Positions 58,586 to 64,000 of a DNA stretch of 64,000 bases are shown here, in pieces (the stretch's first letter is position 1; every line of letters begins with the position of its first letter). Under the pieces are notes generated by a model, which searched no databases, was not told the origin of the DNA, and was given only the letters and a program-made list of their open reading frames with translations. This stretch comes from the human T2T-CHM13v2.0 reference genome, Homo sapiens: assembly GCF_009914755.1 (NCBI RefSeq), contig NC_060930.1. The stretch is one strand, 5' to 3'. A program made the translations under genes and the position numbers.

Positions 58586-60414
58586 AAACATAGTTGAAAA
58601 CATTTTTTCTCTCCCTCAAAATACAAATATTTCTAAATTAAACACAATTTTGGACCTATCATTTAAATTGGCTGGAAAACATACTTTTTTTGGAATCTCT
58701 TTGAGAAATTCTAAATAAGTGTGTATTATAGCTTTAAAGCTTTGAAATGGTTACCTGAGTAATATGGTAGTAAAAAGTTCACAGAAAAGACAAGGTTTTT
58801 CATGTTATAAACATAGTAATAGAAAGGAATTTTTCTCTAAACTTTTTCCAAGTTATTTTAAAGGTCTGTTTACTGTGTTTTTTATAGAATTTATGAAGTT
58901 TTACCACAAAACGCAAAGCATTGAAAAGGTCATTCACTACTATGTTCAAAGGAGTTGGAAAAAATCACAGTTGTGAATTGCCCATCTTCTTTTTAGAGAG
59001 AAGAAACATACATTAATTCCTTTAAAAATTGTCATGGTTAAAGTACTTGTGGCAAGACCTTTCTGAAATTTAGATATAGGTCTACATTCATGACTCATTC
59101 CACTGGACCGTTCCATATTCCTACAGTGTTGCCCTAATGTAGAACCTCATATACTACAGTTCTGTTCAACAGCAATGACAGAGCCAAACTCATGCTTCTT
59201 ATTTTGAAAGTCCTGTGTTTCTTAAGGGTAGGATCCTTGTCTTCTACCCATTAAGTAAGCAAGAAGTATTTTAATGAAGCCAGTTAAAGGAATGAGGTAA
59301 AGGCAGGCCAAGAAAGTGGAGAGATGTCCAAATGGGGGAAACAAGTGAGAAAGAGCTCCCAGGGTTTATGGACTTCTACTAGAGGGTGAGGAATATGTGG
59401 AAACACATGCACTGTTAAGTTCAGTTAAGATGAAACAGGAAGTCAGAGATACAAAGACACACAAGTGTACTTTTATTGTCTAGAATCTTGTAGATCCTTG
59501 TCAAGCTCACTTCTTAATTACACAAACACACACAATCATCATATGATGGTCAGTTCACTTATATGCTAATTGGTAAGATTTCTTAAGGATGGTTCTAGTA
59601 TCCTTTGAAATTAGCTTTAAATTGATGCCAAGGTATGAAACATTAGTTTTTATAACGGCCCATTCTAAGGATGCTTTGCTATTGCTTATTTTGAACTGTG
59701 CCTTTATGCTTTATCCCAGGTACAAGTGCCTTTCTTTAAGAAGTATTCAACTTAAACTCCTGTGTGCACACAGGCTTCAGGATATCCTTAAGTGGGTAGA
59801 TTCCTTCCTTTTTAATTAAAAAATGAGATAGTATCTTTTAGATGCCCTAAAACTTAACTGTACATCTTTTTCATGTGTGTAGGTAAACATTGGTCCAGAA
59901 AGTTTGAAATAAATTTTATTATATAGAGTGTGAAGATAATAGTGGGCTATCCATTTGAAAAGTACGTAACACATTTCTGGAGAGAAATTCTGGCAATTAT
60001 TTGACAGCAGTTTTTCAATTGCCTGGCACCATCACTGATCTTGGTCTGATGTCTCTTCCGGGTCTGCAAGCCCATGATATTAAAACTTTTAGATTTTTAT
60101 CTACCTTGAAAATATATGTCATTTTAAAAATTAGATAATGAAAAAAGTCAACTATTTTAATACCTGAAAATTTGATTAAAAAAAAACAGTGCTACCAATT
60201 TTTGTTTGTTTTCTGTTGTTTTGTTTCATTTGGAGTGGAAAACCTATAGGAGATTTTGCCAGTCATAGAGCTAGTAGAAGATGGAAAAATTGGATCAAGA
60301 TTAAATGTAACAATTTATAGAATATGCAAAATTTCTAACACAGTCCATACATACCATAGGCTCTCAATAAGTTTAAAACACTCACTAGGCTCTCAATAGT
60401 TTAAAACACTTACT

Positions 60415-60630
60415 TCCTATTCTGTGTTAATGACTACGTACCTATTTACTTGCACTGTATAATCCTCGCACTATGAGAAAAATTAGGATATCATTAATCC
60501 CATTTTCCAGCTAGGAAACTGAAGTTAGGCAACTTTCCTAAGGACAAAGAGCTGATAAATGATAAAGGGGCTTTTTAATCTGGCAGTCTGGCTCCAGAGT
60601 CCCGGCTTTTAACCACTGAATTATACTGCT
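60415..60630 (-). mobile_element. MIR
   Basis: ATAATCCTCGCACTATGAG...ATCCCATTTTCCAGCTAGGAAACTGAAGTT...GGCAGTCTGGCTCCAGAGTCCCGGCTTTTAACCACT. Confidence 0.75.
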
Positions 60631-60794
60631 GTTTCAATTGTTGTCATTAATACAGTTGCTTACAGTGGGAAATTCTTTAAATATTCATTATATTGACAGA
60701 TGAAGTAAAGAAAAAGTGGAGATGCATAAAATCAAGATATGCCATTTAAGCATATATAATTTTCCTTGTTTGACTTATATTTTAAAAAGCTATA

Positions 60795-61000
60795 TGAATA
60801 GTACCTTTGAAGTTTGACACTTAGGTTTGAATTCTGACTTTCCTAATTACTAGTTTAAGTTATTGCATCAATATCAGATTTGTTTACTCACATTTGAAAC
60901 CATTTACATGTAAGGGTTATTGCAAGGATTAAGTAAGTTTTAATGCACATAAAATGCTTAGTAGATAATACACACTGAGTAAATGGTTGCTGTTGTAGCA
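60795..61000 (+). mobile_element. MIR
   Basis: TAGGTTTGAATTCTGACTTTCCTAATTACTAG...AGGGTTATTGCAAGGATTAAG...AAAATGCTTAG. Confidence 0.65.
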
Positions 61001-61129
61001 GTCATAGGAGTTTTTATGTTCTTCCTACTCACTCTCTATTTTTTTTTTTACTCCCTCTTCTCAAAGGAGAAAAGAAGAGGCACATAGGAAGATCCTGGAA
61101 TGACCTAGTGGCCTTGGGCTATAACGTAT

Positions 61130-61550
61130 TCAACTGTCTGAGGTGGGAAGACAGGCAGAAACTATACGTGCAAGGCCCTGTGGCCAGAGGAATGATCACT
61201 AAAAGCAATGGATTGAAAAGGCAGATAATCTCAACTTTAGAAAGTGAAGAAGCAGATGAGACTGGAGAGGTATCAAGGTACCAGATCACAGGGGCTTGTC
61301 AGCAATTTAATGAAGTTAATCTTTATCCTAAGGACACCGGGAAGTCACTGAGAGATTTTTATGCAATAAGGTACATGAACAAATATGCCAGATTCTTATT
61401 TGACTGCAGTGTGGAAAACAGAATTAAGAGGCAAAAGTGGCAATCAAACAAATTAGGGTCTGGGTTTTTTTGTTTATTTTTGCAATGTCTAGTCTAAAGA
61501 AATACGATCTGGGTCTAGAAAGGTGCTGTGGGAGATGAGGTGCTTTGGGG
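61130..61550 (-). mobile_element. LINE-2 fragment
   Basis: TGCAAGGCCCTGTGGCCAGAGG...CCAGATCACAGGGGCTTGT...CTTTATCCTAAGGACACCGGGAAGTCACTGAGAGATTTT. Confidence 0.7.
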
Positions 61551-62359
61551 ATCTGCTTCACACTACCTAATAAATTATTACACTAGGAAATGAATTCCGT
61601 GGTAAGCATTGTTTTTTCTCATGGCAGCATCATTTCTATCTAAATCAATTATCCCCAATTGTCATCACCCCCACATTCTCTTTTCTCAAGCAATATACTT
61701 GCACACTTTTACAAAAGACTTTATATTTCGTTGGACTTAATAAAATAAAAAACCCTCATAAAGAAAAGTCTTTAAAAGAGAGAATAAAAATTATTAATTA
61801 TAGAATGAACCATAGAGAAAATCTTGTGTCTCTATGTACTTGTTCCAGACAAACAATTACAAATATTTGGTGAAAGAAGTCAAATGGCTTTCTACCTACT
61901 TGGTCTATTTTTAAAGTCAGCAGGTATTTTTATTTGTTGTATAAAAATTTATTGAATTTATGAAGTGCCTGTTTGGTGCAATTTTCTATGAGTGACACTA
62001 TACAAACTAAACAAAATTTTTTTCAAAATTAGAAAGGTTCTTTTTGAGAAGATGCAACTCATTCAAAAGTTTATTTAAATAAATTATGTATTATAATGAC
62101 TCCAGGAAAAAATATAGCCACCTCTAGAAGTCCTACCCTTCATGGATTTTACCCATTTGCAAAGCAACAATTACATCACAATAAGTAAAAACTAAAGATT
62201 CAAGGAAGAACAAATCAGGTTTTCTAACCTAGAATGACTACAGAAGTTAATATTAACTTAAAATTAAAAGCAACATTTTGTCTCACTAGAGACCATGTTA
62301 TATAGCATATAAAGGACTTATTTTGAATTGTAGCAAATGTAAACTGTAATGTCATCCTT

Positions 62360-62480
62360 ATTATTTAAGGGGTCTCAATTTACTTATCTGTGAGGATAAG
62401 CATATTCACTTTGAATTGTGGGGACTGGAGGAAATAATGTATGCTAAATGTCTAGCTTGGTGCCTAACACATAAATGGAA
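62360..62480 (+). mobile_element. MIR fragment
   Basis: GTCTCAATTTACTTATCTGTGAGGAT...GAAATAATGTATG...GGTGCCTAACACATA. Confidence 0.55.
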
Positions 62481-63059
62481 TTAACCATAATTAACACACT
62501 GACAGGCAGATCCCAAACTAAATCTGCATTTGAGACCAATACCTTCTCTATCTCAAATATGGATTCATTAGAATAAGCAATGTAGCACATTATTGAATGC
62601 AGGATTTGGGGTAGATATGCCAGAAATGATAAAGAAGCAGGGATGGATTGTTGCGGGGATAGGAATGGGCAGCATTTCTGAGTAGTGTGGTTCCTGATCT
62701 GAGATTTCTTTTTTCCCTGGGTAGGAAGAAAAAATATATAGAAAATTTACACATTTAAGATTTTGCATTAATTTAAAATTGTTACAACATCCTGGAGAAT
62801 TAGACTAATCTCACCCATGAAAAACCTCACCTTTAGAATAAGAATTTCAGTGTAGAATGATTTAATCAAAATGTTAAAATAATAGCCAAGGATTCATAGA
62901 ATCCTTCATAGAACAGCGCACTGTGTTTTAAAAGTGTGCTGTAGTTGCTGTGGATTTTCCTATCATTTAGGGTCAGGATGTGAGGCTAGACAAAAGGGTA
63001 CAGATGATTCAAAACCACTAGATTGATTTACTTTTAACTAATTATAATTAATATCACTT

Positions 63060-63490
63060 CAAGACTGTTTACATTTCTGCTGTCATCCATATGCATTAGC
63101 ACCAGGTTAATGTGATAACCATGAACCAAATAATAGCTTGCATAAATCTCCACTGTATTCAGATAGTAAAGTCCATTGCCCTGTTCTTACTTCCTGGAAA
63201 CAACCTTTGATCTTCAGATCAACAGTAAAAATAATTACTGGCATTGGCCAAACCAGGATTAGTCATTTCTGTTCTGAGTAGCTGCACAGCTGGAGACAGA
63301 TGTGCAGGTCTCTTTGCACAGATCTGAAAGGATCATCTCCAAGCGTTTATATCATGCTTGTCATTCGTTTATCAGAGGCCAAATGTTTTTCTTTGTAAAC
63401 GTGTGTAAAACATTCTCAGAATTTTAAACAATAACAAATCAGGGCTGAATGTGGCCAACATGCAAAGAGGAAATCTCCCATCTGTCCAAA
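63060..63490. promoter_or_regulatory. Candidate enhancer: cluster of FOX, GATA, ETS/STAT, AP-1-like and E-box motifs in non-repeat DNA
   Basis: TGTTTAC 63066; TGATAA 63113; ACTTCCTG/TTCCTGGAA 63189-63199; TTAGTCA 63259; CAGCTG 63287; CAGATG 63297; TTATCA 63369; AACAAT 63427; AAAGAGGAAAT 63464. Motif evidence only. Confidence 0.35.
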
Positions 63491-63844
63491 TCAAACAGTT
63501 GTATTATTAGAAACTGAGGGCTAAAAACTGTGCACATACACAGACACACATATTATTTTAATATAGATTTTCAATAATTGGTCTAGGATAAGGATAATAT
63601 ACAGAGAACATGCCAAAAGTTTAAGCAAGAAGAAAACAAAGACTGTTACTATGGAAAAATGAAAATAGATTTTAAAACATGTTAATTCACGTTACTTTTT
63701 GTTAAATTTACTTTTCTTCTTTCACTTCTTACCTGTCAATGTTATTAATATTTTTAGGAACAATAAATCACATTAATTCCTTATCTCATGTGAAATTTCA
63801 TATTTATGATTGATACCTTTAAATGTCATTTGTTGAAGGAAGAT

Positions 63845-64000
63845 TATTCATTTTTTCATTCAATAAATATTTTTTAGAATAATAAGTCCCAGGCACAAGA
63901 CCAGTATTATGTTCTAGGCATTGGGGATACCATGTTCACAAGACAGACTATGATTTACAGGATCAGATGTGGACTCTCAAATTCGACTGAGAATAAAACA
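63845..64000 (-). mobile_element. LINE-2 3' end, runs off the window
   Basis: ATTCATTTTTTCATTCAATAAATATTT...TGTTCTAGGCATTGGGGATAC...AAGACAGAC. Confidence 0.7.

Noticed and set aside
61108-61497. 129-aa ORF (also 8708-9025)
   Set aside because: Antisense to degenerate L2 sequence, with no homology recognised.

Overview
This is AT-rich, repeat-dense primate DNA, almost certainly human, from an intergenic or lncRNA-intronic region. I find no intact protein-coding gene, tRNA/rRNA or CpG island. The ORF-track entries with recognisable proteins are L1 fragments or one processed pseudogene; the rest look like repeat-derived or chance ORFs. Main contents: (1) a disabled, intronless ISCU retrocopy on the minus strand (~29770-30666). 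From memory this is ISCUP1 at 1q24.2 near NTMT2/METTL11B, which I have not verified by alignment. (2) A full-length 6.04-kb L1PA3-like element with a perfect 17-bp TSD (34297-40337). It carries the 5'UTR deletion of the ZNF93-escape lineage, a mutated YY1 site, and disabled ORF0, ORF1 and ORF2. (3) A 5'-inverted (twin-primed) L1PA inserted in an L2. (4) A 4.2-kb truncated L1PA and several older L1M pieces. (5) Many Alu/FLAM/FAM, MIR, L2, LTR and hAT MITE copies, plus microsatellites. Structure not explained by repeat families includes a 95-bp near-perfect duplication 2.7 kb apart, an old ~100-bp tandem duplication, isolated strong splice signals, and a TF-motif cluster near the right end. I do not see convincing evidence of a previously undescribed biological system, and the findings are modest. 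Repeat subfamily calls come from recalled consensus sequences, and boundaries without TSDs are approximate.
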